Below are positions 25,194 to 35,409 of a DNA stretch of 57,171 nt, one piece after another. How positions within the stretch are numbered: the first letter of the stretch is position 1; each line of letters opens with the position of its first letter. The stretch spans positions 1 through 57,171 of the forward strand of contig CANRVH010000004.1 in assembly GCA_947643225.1 (NCBI GenBank). The letters are read 5' to 3'. The translations under genes and the position numbers were made by a program. Origin of the DNA: an uncultured Clostridia bacterium. Lineage in GTDB: Bacteria; Bacillota_I; Bacilli_A; RF39; UBA660. The notes beneath the pieces are model-generated. The model saw only the letters and a list, made by a program, of their open reading frames with translations. It did no database searches and had not been told where the DNA came from.

Positions 25194-27341
25194 ATGAATG
25201 AAGTAATTGTACAAGAGATAGCGAATAACCTTAATATTACTAAAAACCAAGTAGAGGTAGTTTTGAAATTACTTAGTGAGGGAAATACGATTCCCTTTAT
25301 TGCTAGATATCGAAAAGAAGCAACAAAGGCATTAGATGAGGAACAGATTAGAAAGATAAATGAGGTTTATCTATATCAAGTAAATTTATTAAAAAGGAAA
25401 GAAGATGTCATTAGATTAATTGATGAAAAGGGACTTCTTACTGAAGAGTTAAGAACTTCTATTATGAAGTGTGAAAAACTAGTTGATGTAGAAGATTTGT
25501 ATCGTCCATATAAAGAAAAGAAAAAAACTAAAGCAACTGAAGCCATCAAGATGGGATTAGAAGATCTTGCTAAAATTATTATGTCATTTCCAATTAGAGG
25601 AACATTAGAAAGTATTAGTAGTAAATTTATTAATGAGCAAGTAAAAGATACAGAATTTGCTATAATTAATGCGGGATATATCATTAGTGAATGGATTAGT
25701 GATAATGCGAGTTATAGAAAATATATTAGAAATTTTATTAGTAGAAGTGGACAAATTACAAGCAAAATGAAAAAAAATGCTGAAGATTCTGATCAAGTAT
25801 ATGAAATGTATTATGAATTCACAGATTCAATAAAAAAAATCAAATCTTACCGTGTAATGGCCCTTGATCGAGGAGAAAAAGAAGGGATTCTTTCTATTAG
25901 TTTAACTTATGATAAAGATAGTATCATTAATTATTTAGAAAGTAAATTAATCAAAAATAAAGACTCTTTTGTAGTAGATGTGGTTAAAAATGCTATTGTA
26001 GATAGCTTAAAACGTTTAATTTTACCTAGTATAGAAAGGGAAATTAGAAGTGATTTGAAAGAAATAGCAGAAGAAGATTCTATTGTTAATTTTTCTAATA
26101 ATTTAGAAAAATTATTATTAACTCCACCGATGGCGGAAAAAACTGTTTTAGGATTAGATCCTGCTTTTCGTACAGGTTGTAAATTAGCAGTCCTTGATAA
26201 AACAGGAAAACCATTAGAAATAGCAGTTATTTATCCAACAGAACCCCATAATGATATTGAAAACTCTAAGAAGAAAGTTTTAGAACTAATTGAAAAATAT
26301 GATATTGATATTGTAGCAATTGGAAATGGAACAGCATCTAGAGAAAGTGAAAGTTTTATTGCTGATACCATTAAAGAGGCTAAAAGAAAAGTAGAATATA
26401 TTATTGTTAGTGAAGCGGGTGCAAGTGTTTATTCTGCGAGTGATCTAGCTATTCAGGAATTTCCTGATTTAACAGTTGAAAAAAGAAGTGCTATTAGTAT
26501 TGGTAGGCGTCTTCAGGATAGTTTAGCAGAACTTGTTAAAATAGAACCAAGAAGTATAGGAGTAGGACTATACCAACATGATGTTACTCCTAAAAAGTTA
26601 GATGAATCCTTAAATTTCGTTGTCAGCAAGGTAGTAAATGAAGTTGGAGTCAATATTAATACAGCAAGTCGTAGTTTACTTCATTATGTATCAGGACTCA
26701 CTAAGAAAACAATTGATGAAATTCTTGCAACTAGAGATAAAATCGGTAAATTTGTATCACGAGAAGATGTTCATAAGTTAAAGGGGATGACACCAAAAGT
26801 TTATGAACAGTCTATTGGTTTTATTCGTATATTAGAAGGGGATAATCCTTTAGATAAAACATCAATTCATCCTGAAAGTTATCCAGTTGCAATGAGACTT
26901 TTAGAAAAATTAAATTATACAGTTAACGATATAGGAAATACAGATTTAACTAAACAATTAGAAGAGCTTAGGCTAGATGAATTAACTGTTGAACTAGATA
27001 CAGATCATTATACATTAACAGATATTATTTCTTCTTTAAAAACTCCAGGAAGAGATCCTCGAAATGAAATGCCTAAACCAATTTTAAGAAGTGATATTCT
27101 TCATATTGAGGATTTACATATAGGAGATAAATTAGAAGGGGTAGTTCGTAATGTAGTAGACTTTGGTTTATTTATTGATATTGGACTAAAGAATGATGGA
27201 CTTGCTCATATATCAAAACTATCACATGAATTTATTAAAAATCCAAGAGAATTATTTAGTGTAGGGGATATTGTAACATGCTATGTAGATGAAATCTCTA
27301 TAGAAAAGAAAAAGGTTAGTTTAACCCTTTTAAATCATTAA
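25194..27341 (+). CDS. tex: Tex-family S1 RNA-binding transcription accessory protein
   Basis: 715 aa with TIPFIARYRKE, a YqgF-like core (LG.DPA.RTGCK.AV.D..G), HhH repeats and a C-terminal S1 domain (G.V..V..FG.F.DIG...DGL.HIS). Confidence 0.9.
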   Translation: MNEVIVQEIANNLNITKNQVEVVLKLLSEGNTIPFIARYRKEATKALDEEQIRKINEVYLYQVNLLKRKEDVIRLIDEKGLLTEELRTSIMKCEKLVDVEDLYRPYKEKKKTKATEAIKMGLEDLAKIIMSFPIRGTLESISSKFINEQVKDTEFAIINAGYIISEWISDNASYRKYIRNFISRSGQITSKMKKNAEDSDQVYEMYYEFTDSIKKIKSYRVMALDRGEKEGILSISLTYDKDSIINYLESKLIKNKDSFVVDVVKNAIVDSLKRLILPSIEREIRSDLKEIAEEDSIVNFSNNLEKLLLTPPMAEKTVLGLDPAFRTGCKLAVLDKTGKPLEIAVIYPTEPHNDIENSKKKVLELIEKYDIDIVAIGNGTASRESESFIADTIKEAKRKVEYIIVSEAGASVYSASDLAIQEFPDLTVEKRSAISIGRRLQDSLAELVKIEPRSIGVGLYQHDVTPKKLDESLNFVVSKVVNEVGVNINTASRSLLHYVSGLTKKTIDEILATRDKIGKFVSREDVHKLKGMTPKVYEQSIGFIRILEGDNPLDKTSIHPESYPVAMRLLEKLNYTVNDIGNTDLTKQLEELRLDELTVELDTDHYTLTDIISSLKTPGRDPRNEMPKPILRSDILHIEDLHIGDKLEGVVRNVVDFGLFIDIGLKNDGLAHISKLSHEFIKNPRELFSVGDIVTCYVDEISIEKKKVSLTLLNH

Positions 27342-27354
27342 TCTTAATATAGAA

Positions 27355-27384
27355 AAGTAAGATTTAAATAATCTTATTTTTTTG
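27355..27384 (+). terminator. Rho-independent terminator after tex
   Basis: AAGTAAGATT pairs with AATCTTATTT (10 bp, one G-U) around the loop TAAAT, followed by a T-run. Confidence 0.6.
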
Positions 27385-27421
27385 TTTTCTCTAATTTAGC
27401 AAATAATAGCGATGAATTATT

Positions 27422-28057
27422 TTAGTAAAGAATCGTAATCTTTTTATTGATATCTTGAATTAGGCTATCTTCTTTTAAGGCCTTTAATTCTCTCATCATG
27501 GCACTACGGTCGATTGCTAAATAATCGGCTAGATCAGTATAAGAATAACTTAAATTAAAAATTTTGGAATTGTTCTTTTTTGACTGTAATTCAAAGTAAG
27601 CTAGTAATTTACTTCGAATACTTCTAGTAGTAAGTAATTCAATTCTTTCATTTCTTTTAATTAGAGTTTTTGAAACAACTTGAAATAAATTATGGAGTAG
27701 CATAACAGCCGTTTGACTCGTTCTACATTTTTTTAATAACTCTTCATATTCAATAAAAGTGACTTTACAGTTAGTAGTTGCAATAACAGATAATTCACTA
27801 CTATTAGTAGAAATAAACATATCAGAAAAAATATCACCAGAAGATAGTTCATCGATAATGGTTCTGTCCCCATTATAATCAAATCGAATTAAATTGGCAT
27901 CACCGTTTTCCATAATGCCAATTAAATTTCTATTTCTAATAGAATAGGCAATCGTTTGACCAGATTTGTAAAAAAGTGTATTTGACTGTAAACTTGTTAA
28001 TAATTTTTGTAAACTTTTTGCTTCTATATTTTCATAAATTGTAGGTTTTATAAGCAT
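27422..28057 (-). CDS. Crp/Fnr-family transcriptional regulator
   Basis: 211 aa with an N-terminal cNMP-binding-like beta-roll and a C-terminal HTH (YSYTDLADYLAIDRSAMMRELKALKEDSLI). It is divergent from nrdD. Confidence 0.75.
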   Translation of the reverse strand: MLIKPTIYENIEAKSLQKLLTSLQSNTLFYKSGQTIAYSIRNRNLIGIMENGDANLIRFDYNGDRTIIDELSSGDIFSDMFISTNSSELSVIATTNCKVTFIEYEELLKKCRTSQTAVMLLHNLFQVVSKTLIKRNERIELLTTRSIRSKLLAYFELQSKKNNSKIFNLSYSYTDLADYLAIDRSAMMRELKALKEDSLIQDINKKITILY

Positions 28058-28099
28058 CTAAAAACTCTCCTTTTTTTTTAAAATATTATAATGTAAAAT

Positions 28100-28115
28100 T
28101 GTTGCATTTGCAACA
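28100..28115. promoter_or_regulatory. Perfect 7-2-7 palindrome TGTTGCA-TT-TGCAACA, candidate operator
   Basis: It lies 8 nt downstream of a TATAAT (28087-28092) and 58 nt upstream of the nrdD ATG, in the crp/fnr-nrdD divergent region. Confidence 0.4.
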
Positions 28116-28172
28116 GATTTTTTTAGAATAATATTTTATGATGTTTTTGTAACAGTAGAAGGAGATGTATTT

Positions 28173-30299
28173 ATGAAAGTAATTAAAAGAGATGGAAAAA
28201 GTGTTGACTATGATCGTGAGAAAGTAAGAATTGCTATTGGAAAGGCTAATATTTGTGTTCCAGAAAATGATAGAATAACAGATCGCCAAATAGAAAACAT
28301 TGTTAAATATATAGAGGGATTGAATAAAAGGAGAATGGTCGTAGAGGATATTCAAGATATTATTGAAGAAAAATTAATGTCTCTTAATAAGTTTGCTCTT
28401 GCTAAAGAGTATATTACTTATAGATATACAAGAGCTTTAGTTAGGAAGGCTAATACAACAGATGAATCGATACTAAGTTTAATTAAAAATGCCAATAAGG
28501 AATTGGCAGAAGAAAATTCTAATAAGAGTACTACTTTAGCATCAACTCAAAGGGATTATATAGCTGGGGAGGTATCAAGAGACTTAACCCGTAGAATTTT
28601 ACTTCCAGAAAAAATCAGTAAGGCACATGATGAAGGAGTATTACATTTTCATGATGCTGATTATTTTGTTCAACCAATATTTAATTGTTGTCTAATCAAT
28701 ATTGAAGATATGCTAGATAATGGTACAGTGATGAATGGTAAAATGATTGAATCGCCAAAGAGTTTTCAAGTAGCCTGTACAGTTACCACTCAAATTATTG
28801 CTGCTGTTGCTTCTAATCAGTATGGTGGCCAATCTGTTGATCTTTCCCATTTGGGCAAATTTATTAAGAAAAGTAAAGATAAATTTAAGAAACATATTAA
28901 AGCAAAATATGGAAAAAGTCTATCTAAAGAAGAAATTGAAAGCTTGGTTGCTGACCGAGTTAAAGATGAAGTAAGAGCAGGGGTGCAAACTATTCAATAT
29001 CAAATTAATACTTTGATGACAACTAATGGACAATCTCCTTTTGTAACTTTATTTATGTATTTAAAAGAAGATGACCCTTATATTGAAGAAAATGCAATGT
29101 TATTTGAAGAGGTTATTCGTCAAAGAGATGAAGGAATTAAAAATGAAAAGGGAGTATACATTACTCCAGCCTTTCCTAAACTAGTTTATGTTTTGGATGA
29201 AAATAATTGCTTAAAGGGTGGTAAGTATGACTATCTAACAAAACTTGCTGTAAAGTGTTCAAGCAAGAGAATGTATCCAGACTATATTAGTGCGAAAAAA
29301 ATGCGTGAAAATTATGAAGGGAATGTTTTCAGTCCTATGGGATGCAGAAGTTTCTTATCTCCTTTTAAGGATGAGAATGGTAAATATAAATTTGAAGGAA
29401 GATTTAATCAAGGAGTAGTATCTATTAATTTACCTCAGATTGGTATTGTAGCAGAGGGGAATGAGGAAACATTTTGGAAGGTATTTGATGAAAGATTAGA
29501 ACTTTGTTATGAAGCATTAATGTGTCGTCATGAAGCATTACTTGGAACAGTTAGTGATACTAGTCCAATTCATTGGCAATATGGTGCGATTGCTAGATTG
29601 AAAAAGGGAGAAAAGATTGATAAATATTTAAATAGTTGTTATTCAACTATTTCACTTGGCTATATTGGAATTTATGAACTTACAAAATTAATTAAAGGGG
29701 TAAGCCATACAGATCCTGAAGGTGAGCAATTTGCTCTTAAGGTAATGAATTATATGCGTGATAAATGTAATAAATGGAAAAAAGAAACAGGATTAGGTTT
29801 TGCCTTATATGGAACCCCAGCAGAAAGTTTATGTTATCGATTTGCACGAATTGATAAGGAAAGATTTGGCACGATTAAGGATGTAACAGATAAGGGATAT
29901 TATACTAACAGTTATCATGTAGATGTAAGACAAAAAATAGATGCTTTTACTAAGTTCAAATTTGAAAGTAAGTTCCAGCCAATTTCATCAGGTGGTTGTA
30001 TTTCTTACGTTGAAGTACCTAATATGAAACATAATTTAAAAGCCATGGAAGATGTTGTTAAATTTATTTATGACAATATTCAATATGCTGAATTTAATAC
30101 AAAATCTGATACCTGTCATAATTGTGGATACGTTGGAGAAATAGAAATTACTGATGACTTAGAATGGGTTTGTCCACAATGTGGAAATAAAGATAAAACT
30201 AAAATGAATGTTACTAGAAGAACATGTGGTTATCTAGGTGAGAATTTCTGGAATGTGGGAAAAACGAAAGAAATAAAATCTAGAGTAACTCACTTATAG
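28173..30299 (+). CDS. nrdD: Anaerobic ribonucleoside-triphosphate reductase
   Basis: N-terminal ATP-cone (VIKRDG..V.YD..K), a C-terminal Zn ribbon (CHNCG...CPQCG) and the glycyl-radical motif RRTCGYLG. Confidence 0.95.
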   Translation: MKVIKRDGKSVDYDREKVRIAIGKANICVPENDRITDRQIENIVKYIEGLNKRRMVVEDIQDIIEEKLMSLNKFALAKEYITYRYTRALVRKANTTDESILSLIKNANKELAEENSNKSTTLASTQRDYIAGEVSRDLTRRILLPEKISKAHDEGVLHFHDADYFVQPIFNCCLINIEDMLDNGTVMNGKMIESPKSFQVACTVTTQIIAAVASNQYGGQSVDLSHLGKFIKKSKDKFKKHIKAKYGKSLSKEEIESLVADRVKDEVRAGVQTIQYQINTLMTTNGQSPFVTLFMYLKEDDPYIEENAMLFEEVIRQRDEGIKNEKGVYITPAFPKLVYVLDENNCLKGGKYDYLTKLAVKCSSKRMYPDYISAKKMRENYEGNVFSPMGCRSFLSPFKDENGKYKFEGRFNQGVVSINLPQIGIVAEGNEETFWKVFDERLELCYEALMCRHEALLGTVSDTSPIHWQYGAIARLKKGEKIDKYLNSCYSTISLGYIGIYELTKLIKGVSHTDPEGEQFALKVMNYMRDKCNKWKKETGLGFALYGTPAESLCYRFARIDKERFGTIKDVTDKGYYTNSYHVDVRQKIDAFTKFKFESKFQPISSGGCISYVEVPNMKHNLKAMEDVVKFIYDNIQYAEFNTKSDTCHNCGYVGEIEITDDLEWVCPQCGNKDKTKMNVTRRTCGYLGENFWNVGKTKEIKSRVTHL

Positions 30300-30309
30300 G
30301 AGAAATGTT

Positions 30310-30861
30310 ATGCATTATGCCTCAATAAAAAAATATGATGTTGCTAATGGAGAGGGAATTAGAATATCTCTTTTCGTTAGTGGTTGTCCACATCATTGTA
30401 AAAATTGTTTTAATAAAGAAGCTTGGGATGAAAATTATGGCCAATTATTTACAAAAAAGGAAGAAGAAGAAATTCTAAATTTTCTAGGAGAAGACTATAT
30501 TGATGGATTATCTCTATTAGGAGGAGAACCAATGTGGCCTAAAAATCAAGAGGGATTATTACCTCTTCTTAGAAGGATAAAGGAAATGTATCCCAAAAAG
30601 ACTATATGGTGTTATACTGGATATTTATTTGATCAAGAGATTATGGATGAGATGTATTTATTAAATGAATTTACTAGAGAATTTTTATCTTATATTGATG
30701 TAATTGTAGATGGTAGATTTGTTGAGAAACTATTGGATAAATCTTTATTTTTTAGAGGAAGTTCTAATCAAAGAGTGATTGATGTAAAAAAGAGTCTAAA
30801 AAATAAAAAGGTAGTAGAGATAAAAATAAAGGGAGAAGGAGTTAAAGTACATGCGAAGTAG
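30310..30861 (+). CDS. nrdG: Anaerobic RNR activating protein (radical SAM)
   Basis: D.ANG.G.R.SLFVSGC.HHCKNCFN contains the CxxxCxxC cluster. It sits directly downstream of nrdD. Confidence 0.9.
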   Translation: MHYASIKKYDVANGEGIRISLFVSGCPHHCKNCFNKEAWDENYGQLFTKKEEEEILNFLGEDYIDGLSLLGGEPMWPKNQEGLLPLLRRIKEMYPKKTIWCYTGYLFDQEIMDEMYLLNEFTREFLSYIDVIVDGRFVEKLLDKSLFFRGSSNQRVIDVKKSLKNKKVVEIKIKGEGVKVHAK

Positions 30862-31303
30862 AGGATTTGAAGTGATAAAGGAATATCAAGATAAGGGGAT
30901 TAACTTACCTGTTAGGAAAACAAAATATTCAGCAGGATATGATGTGGAAGCAGCAGAAGATATTGTTATTCCATCTTTTAAAAAGGGAATAAAGCCAACA
31001 CTAATTCCAACAGGGTTAAAAGCTTATTGTATGGAAGATGAATATTATATGTTAGTAAATAGGAGTAGTGGACCAAAAAAGGGTTTAGTTATGGCTAATG
31101 GAATTGGAATCATTGATCATGATTATTATAATAATCAATCAAATGAGGGACATTTCTATTTTCAATATTTTAATATGAAAGATGAAGATGTTACTATTCA
31201 TAAGGGGGATATAATTGGTCAAGTTATTTTCCAAAAATATTTAATGGTTGATGGTGATCATGCCGAGGGTCAAAGAACAGGCGGATTTGGATCCACAGAT
31301 TAA
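30851..31303 (+). CDS. dut: dUTP diphosphatase
   Basis: SAGYD, NG.GIID.DY and C-terminal R.GGFGSTD motifs. The start overlaps the nrdG stop. Confidence 0.85.
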   Translation: MRSRGFEVIKEYQDKGINLPVRKTKYSAGYDVEAAEDIVIPSFKKGIKPTLIPTGLKAYCMEDEYYMLVNRSSGPKKGLVMANGIGIIDHDYYNNQSNEGHFYFQYFNMKDEDVTIHKGDIIGQVIFQKYLMVDGDHAEGQRTGGFGSTD

Positions 31304-31394
31304 TATTAGATCATATAATAAGAATGTTGATTAATTATCAGTCCATTTTTTTACAATATCTATATAACAGATTATTATGTGCTATTTATTATGG

Positions 31395-31426
31395 AATACC
31401 TCAAGTTAAGAAGGGGTATTTTTTTG
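31395..31426 (+). terminator. Rho-independent terminator after dut
   Basis: AATACCTC pairs with GGGGTATT (8 bp, one G-U) around a loop of about 9 nt, followed by T7. Confidence 0.7.
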
Positions 31427-31820
31427 TAATATATATTTAAAGAAGTGTGAGGATTTGTTTATCTCAAAAATGAAATAAATTCAAAGAATGTGTATGTATC
31501 TTCTAAAAGATTACAGGTAGTTAAAACATGATCTGATAATGGTATTTTTGTATGTATTATGATGAGTCCTGTTCTTCCATTTATTACTGATAATGAGGCC
31601 AATAGGAGAGATTATTATTTTTTAATATATTATTAAATGTTATTATATCCGTTTATATATATGTTTGCGTGCTTTTGTTTTTTGTAAGATATTCGTATAT
31701 GTTTTTAATTGATTAGTGGTATGATAGGTTAATATAACAAAGGTAAGAAGATACGACAAAAAGAACTATAAAATTGTAAATTAAAGAGTTATAATAATAA
31801 AAGATATGAGGTGATATAAA

Positions 31821-32738
31821 ATGAGAATAATATTTAAAAAGAATTTTAATATATTAATAGGAATTATAATAATTGTAATACTATTGTGTGGAGGAGTATA
31901 TGCGGCAACAACAATTGCGGGAAATAGTATTACATATTCTAATACTAAGTCAGGTCTAAAATCTACTAATGTTCAAGGAGCAATTGATGAATTATATGAA
32001 ACTGCCAAATCACATTGTCCAGATGGTCATATTTGTTCATCACTTGTAAGGATAAAAGATAAAAACTCTAATATAGTAAAAGCTTATTTATATGACGAGG
32101 AAAATAGTAATAGTAAATGTATAATAGGTGATGAGTCAACTTGTAAAGAAACAACCTGTATAAATTATTCAAATCAGAATTATTGTCCATCAGGAACGAT
32201 CATTAAATATAAAGTGAACAGTTCAACAATAAAAACATTTTATGTTATATTTGATGAAGGAAAAACAATGACTATGATTGATCAGGAAGATACAGTTAAG
32301 GGTATTTCATGGAATGCCACATCTGATATTACAAAAGGCCCAATTACAGCATTAGTATCTTTAGAAAATATCACAAAAGGATGGACCAATGTTAATAATC
32401 AAACTTATACCTTAGGTAAAACTTCTTTATCTTTAGAGGGAGCTTATACAGGATGTAGTACAGCAAGTTCGTGTACAACTAATATCTATACTTTATCAGA
32501 ACGAACAGCAAAAGCAAGATTAATTACAATACAAGAGGCGTATGCGTTAGGGTGTACAGTATCACATAATTCATGTCCAAAATGGATTGTTCTTGGTAGT
32601 TCTCATTGGACATCTTCTGTTTATGTTTCAAGTCCCAATTCCGCTTATTATATTAATCATTCTGCTTTCTCAAATGTTTATTATACAAATGTTGATAATG
32701 AGATAACTGCACATGCTGTTGTTGTAGTTTCAAAATAG
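31821..32738 (+). CDS. Secreted/anchored protein with a Cys-rich lectin-like (DUF1566/Lcl-C-like) C-domain, paralog of 17010-17684
   Basis: GAGGTGA SD. The anchor ends in LLCGGVYAATT, followed by an ITYSN..SGL.STNVQGAIDELY stalk motif. The C-terminal 225 aa align colinearly with the 16512 gene, including 8 conserved Cys and the identical string YTLSERTAKARL. Confidence 0.55.
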   Translation: MRIIFKKNFNILIGIIIIVILLCGGVYAATTIAGNSITYSNTKSGLKSTNVQGAIDELYETAKSHCPDGHICSSLVRIKDKNSNIVKAYLYDEENSNSKCIIGDESTCKETTCINYSNQNYCPSGTIIKYKVNSSTIKTFYVIFDEGKTMTMIDQEDTVKGISWNATSDITKGPITALVSLENITKGWTNVNNQTYTLGKTSLSLEGAYTGCSTASSCTTNIYTLSERTAKARLITIQEAYALGCTVSHNSCPKWIVLGSSHWTSSVYVSSPNSAYYINHSAFSNVYYTNVDNEITAHAVVVVSK

Positions 32739-32743
32739 AAATA

Positions 32744-32780
32744 AAAGATAGTTAATATCATTATGATAGGCTATCTTTTC
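32744..32780 (+). terminator. Probable terminator
   Basis: AAAGATAG (32744-32751) pairs with CTATCTTT (32771-32778), with inner pairing TATCAT/ATGATA. The T-run is short. Confidence 0.5.
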
Positions 32781-32930
32781 TATTTACTATAAACATTTCG
32801 TAAAAAGAGAAAGTAAAAAAGAATGAATAGAAAAATAATTCTATAATAAATCATGTTTTTATGAAAAATTTAAACTTTTATTTTATATTTGTTTATAGTA
32901 TAATTTATTTATAATGAGAGGAGATCAAGT

Positions 32931-34166
32931 ATGAATGAAATATATACAGGAATAGATATTGGTACGAATAGTATTAAAATAATTACTGCGGAAAAGGTAA
33001 ATAATCAATTTAAAATTATTGCCAAAGAAGAGGAAAAATCTGATGGAATAAAAAGAGGCGTAATTGTAGATGTAAAAAAAGTTGCTAATTCTGTATATAA
33101 ATGTGTTGAAAAAATTGAGAATATACTTGGTGTTTCTATAAAAAAAATTATTACCTGTATTCCTACAGATGATTGTATTTTTAATATTGTTAGTGGGAAA
33201 ATAGAAACTTTTGATGAAAATAATATAACAGGAGAGGATATTAGCAGATTATTAAAAGAGGCAATTAGTGATCATATTAATGATGGTTATGAATTAGTAA
33301 CAGCTATGCCTATTGGATTTAAGCTGGATGATTCTAGAATGGTAAAAGATCCTAAGGGCCTTGTATCTAAAAGTTTAGAAGGTAGAATTGTGATTACAAT
33401 GGTTCCCAAAAGTAATCTCTATAACTTATTAAATGTTTTTCAAATATGTGAAATTGAAGTTGTTGATATTGCATTTAAGACGGTTGCAGACTATTTTGAA
33501 GTTAAAAATCAAAAATTAGATAATGAAGTTGGAGCAATTATTAATATTGGAGAAGATACAACTAATGTTTCCATTTATAATAAAGGGATTATGATTAAAA
33601 ATACGATTTTAAAAGTGGGAAGTTATTATGTAGATCATGATTTTTCCTATATTTATAAAATTGATTTAAATAAAGCTCGTGAATTAAAGGAAACTTTTGC
33701 TGTTTGTTCATCTCGATATGCTGATCAATATGATGAGGTTGAAGTAGTGAATGAAGTAGGACAAAATATTTTTATTAATCAGCTGGATATTGCCAAGGTT
33801 ACAGAAGCACGTATTACAGAAATTCTAAAAATTGCGAAAAAAGAAATAAAAAACTTAACAAATAGAAAAATAAGTTATATAATCATATTAGGTGGGTTAA
33901 GCGAAATAACAGGATTTCAGTATTTAGCAGAAGAAATTTTAAAGAATCGTGTAACTGTATATAATAGTACCACTGTTGGAGTACGACACAATAAATACGC
34001 TAGTGTCTTAGGTGTGATTAAATATTTTGATGATAAACTAAAACTTAGAGATAAGACATGTGAAATGTTTAGTAAGGAAGACATTAGTCAGTTAATTTCT
34101 ATAAGTAAAAATAATAAGGATAATGCTACGATAAACACAATGTTTGAGCAATTTCTTGATCATTAA
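32931..34166 (+). CDS. ftsA: Cell division protein FtsA
   Basis: Actin-fold start [11 protein letters not shown], and the gene lies directly upstream of ftsZ. Confidence 0.9.
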   Translation: MNEIYTGIDIGTNSIKIITAEKVNNQFKIIAKEEEKSDGIKRGVIVDVKKVANSVYKCVEKIENILGVSIKKIITCIPTDDCIFNIVSGKIETFDENNITGEDISRLLKEAISDHINDGYELVTAMPIGFKLDDSRMVKDPKGLVSKSLEGRIVITMVPKSNLYNLLNVFQICEIEVVDIAFKTVADYFEVKNQKLDNEVGAIINIGEDTTNVSIYNKGIMIKNTILKVGSYYVDHDFSYIYKIDLNKARELKETFAVCSSRYADQYDEVEVVNEVGQNIFINQLDIAKVTEARITEILKIAKKEIKNLTNRKISYIIILGGLSEITGFQYLAEEILKNRVTVYNSTTVGVRHNKYASVLGVIKYFDDKLKLRDKTCEMFSKEDISQLISISKNNKDNATINTMFEQFLDH

Positions 34167-34179
34167 GGAGGAGAAGGTT

Positions 34180-35316
34180 ATGATAGGCGGATTAGAAATG
34201 GACCAGTTAGCAAAAATAAAAGTAATAGGTCTTGGCGGTGGAGGCGGAAATGCCATTAATAGAATGGTAGAGTCTGGTGTTAAGGGTGTTGAATTTATTG
34301 TTGCTAATACAGATTTACAAGTATTAAATAATTCTAAAGCCGATGTAAAAATTCAAATAGGAGCTAATCTTACAGATGGTTTAGGAGCAGGTGCTAAGCC
34401 AGAGATTGGAAAAGAAGCAGCAGTAGAATCTAAGAAAGAAATAGAAGATGCTTTAACAGGGGCGGATATGGTTTTCATCACTTGTGGAATGGGTGGTGGA
34501 ACAGGTACAGGGGCAGCACCAATAGTAGCTGAAATTTCTCAGGCATTGGGAGCTTTAACCGTTGCTATTGTTACAAAACCATTCTCGTTTGAAGGTAGAA
34601 GAAGAATGGAAAATGCTCTAAAGGGTATTGAAGAGTTAAGAAAACATGTAGATACTTTAATTGTTATTCCAAATGATAAGTTAAGAGAAATCATTGATAA
34701 ATCTACACCGATGTTAGAAGCATTTAAGGAAGTTGATAACGTTTTACGTCGAGGAGTTCAGTCTATCTCTGATTTGATTGCTGTTGTTGGATTAGTTAAT
34801 CTAGATTTTGCTGATATTAAATCGATCATGAAAGATTCTGGTAATGCAGTTATTGGTATTGGTATTGGTATGGGTGAAGATAGAGCGATTGAAGCTGCTA
34901 AAGAAGCGGTTGCTTCTCCACTTTTAGAAAATAATATTGATGGAGCAACAGATGCAATTATTAATATTACAGGTGGGGTTAATTTAACATTATTTGAAGC
35001 TGAGCAAGCGGCAGAGGTTGTTCGTGCGGCATCTAAAACAGATATTGATACAATTTTTGGTGCAGTAATTAATGAAAATTTAACAGATGAGGTAATAGTA
35101 ACAGTTATTGCTACTGGATTCGATAAGAAAACAAAACAAAAGATATTGGAACAAGATAGAAAAAGTCAAGAAATACTACAAATTCAACCAGAGATTTCTT
35201 CTGTACGTCGTCGTAGCGAAGAAGTGTTACATGAAATGCCAGTAGTTAAAGAGGCATCAAATGAAGATGATGATGAATTTGAATTACCACCATTTTTACA
35301 AAATAAAATATTTTAA
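34180..35316 (+). CDS. ftsZ: Cell division GTPase FtsZ
   Basis: ATG 34180 follows AAGGAGG, whereas the track start 34144 is a TTG inside ftsA. It has the tubulin signature [15 protein letters not shown] and the C-terminal peptide [12 protein letters not shown]. Confidence 0.95.
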   Translation: MIGGLEMDQLAKIKVIGLGGGGGNAINRMVESGVKGVEFIVANTDLQVLNNSKADVKIQIGANLTDGLGAGAKPEIGKEAAVESKKEIEDALTGADMVFITCGMGGGTGTGAAPIVAEISQALGALTVAIVTKPFSFEGRRRMENALKGIEELRKHVDTLIVIPNDKLREIIDKSTPMLEAFKEVDNVLRRGVQSISDLIAVVGLVNLDFADIKSIMKDSGNAVIGIGIGMGEDRAIEAAKEAVASPLLENNIDGATDAIINITGGVNLTLFEAEQAAEVVRAASKTDIDTIFGAVINENLTDEVIVTVIATGFDKKTKQKILEQDRKSQEILQIQPEISSVRRRSEEVLHEMPVVKEASNEDDDEFELPPFLQNKIF

Positions 35317-35339
35317 AGGTTTCGTCTGAACCTTTTTTT
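35315..35339 (+). terminator. Rho-independent terminator after ftsZ
   Basis: AAAGGTT pairs with AACCTTT (7 bp) around a 7-nt loop, followed by TTTT. Confidence 0.7.
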
Positions 35340-35409
35340 GTATAAAAATAATAATTTACAAAATGGAATAAATATGTTATAATATACTGCTGAAAGGGGA
35401 GAAATAGTG

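Noticed and set aside
25376-25796. Two antisense ORFs (102 and 63 aa) lie inside tex.
   Set aside because: They are embedded in a highly conserved gene on the opposite strand. They have I/L/F/S/N-rich composition typical of antisense AT-rich coding DNA, and no ribosome-binding sites.
28086-28355. A minus-strand 89-aa ORF covers the nrdD promoter and the first 60 codons of nrdD. A similar case is 28713-28895.
   Set aside because: It overlaps the ATP-cone coding region of nrdD and the candidate operator. Its product is low-complexity and hydrophobic, which makes it an antisense artefact.
17010-32738. Diversity-generating retroelement (DGR) targeting the C-type-lectin-like C-termini of the 16512 and 31821 genes.
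   Set aside because: There is no reverse transcriptase gene, and I could find no template-repeat copy of either 3' end in the window. The long spacer at 31427-31820 in particular shows no similarity. Differences between the two copies are not adenine-specific.
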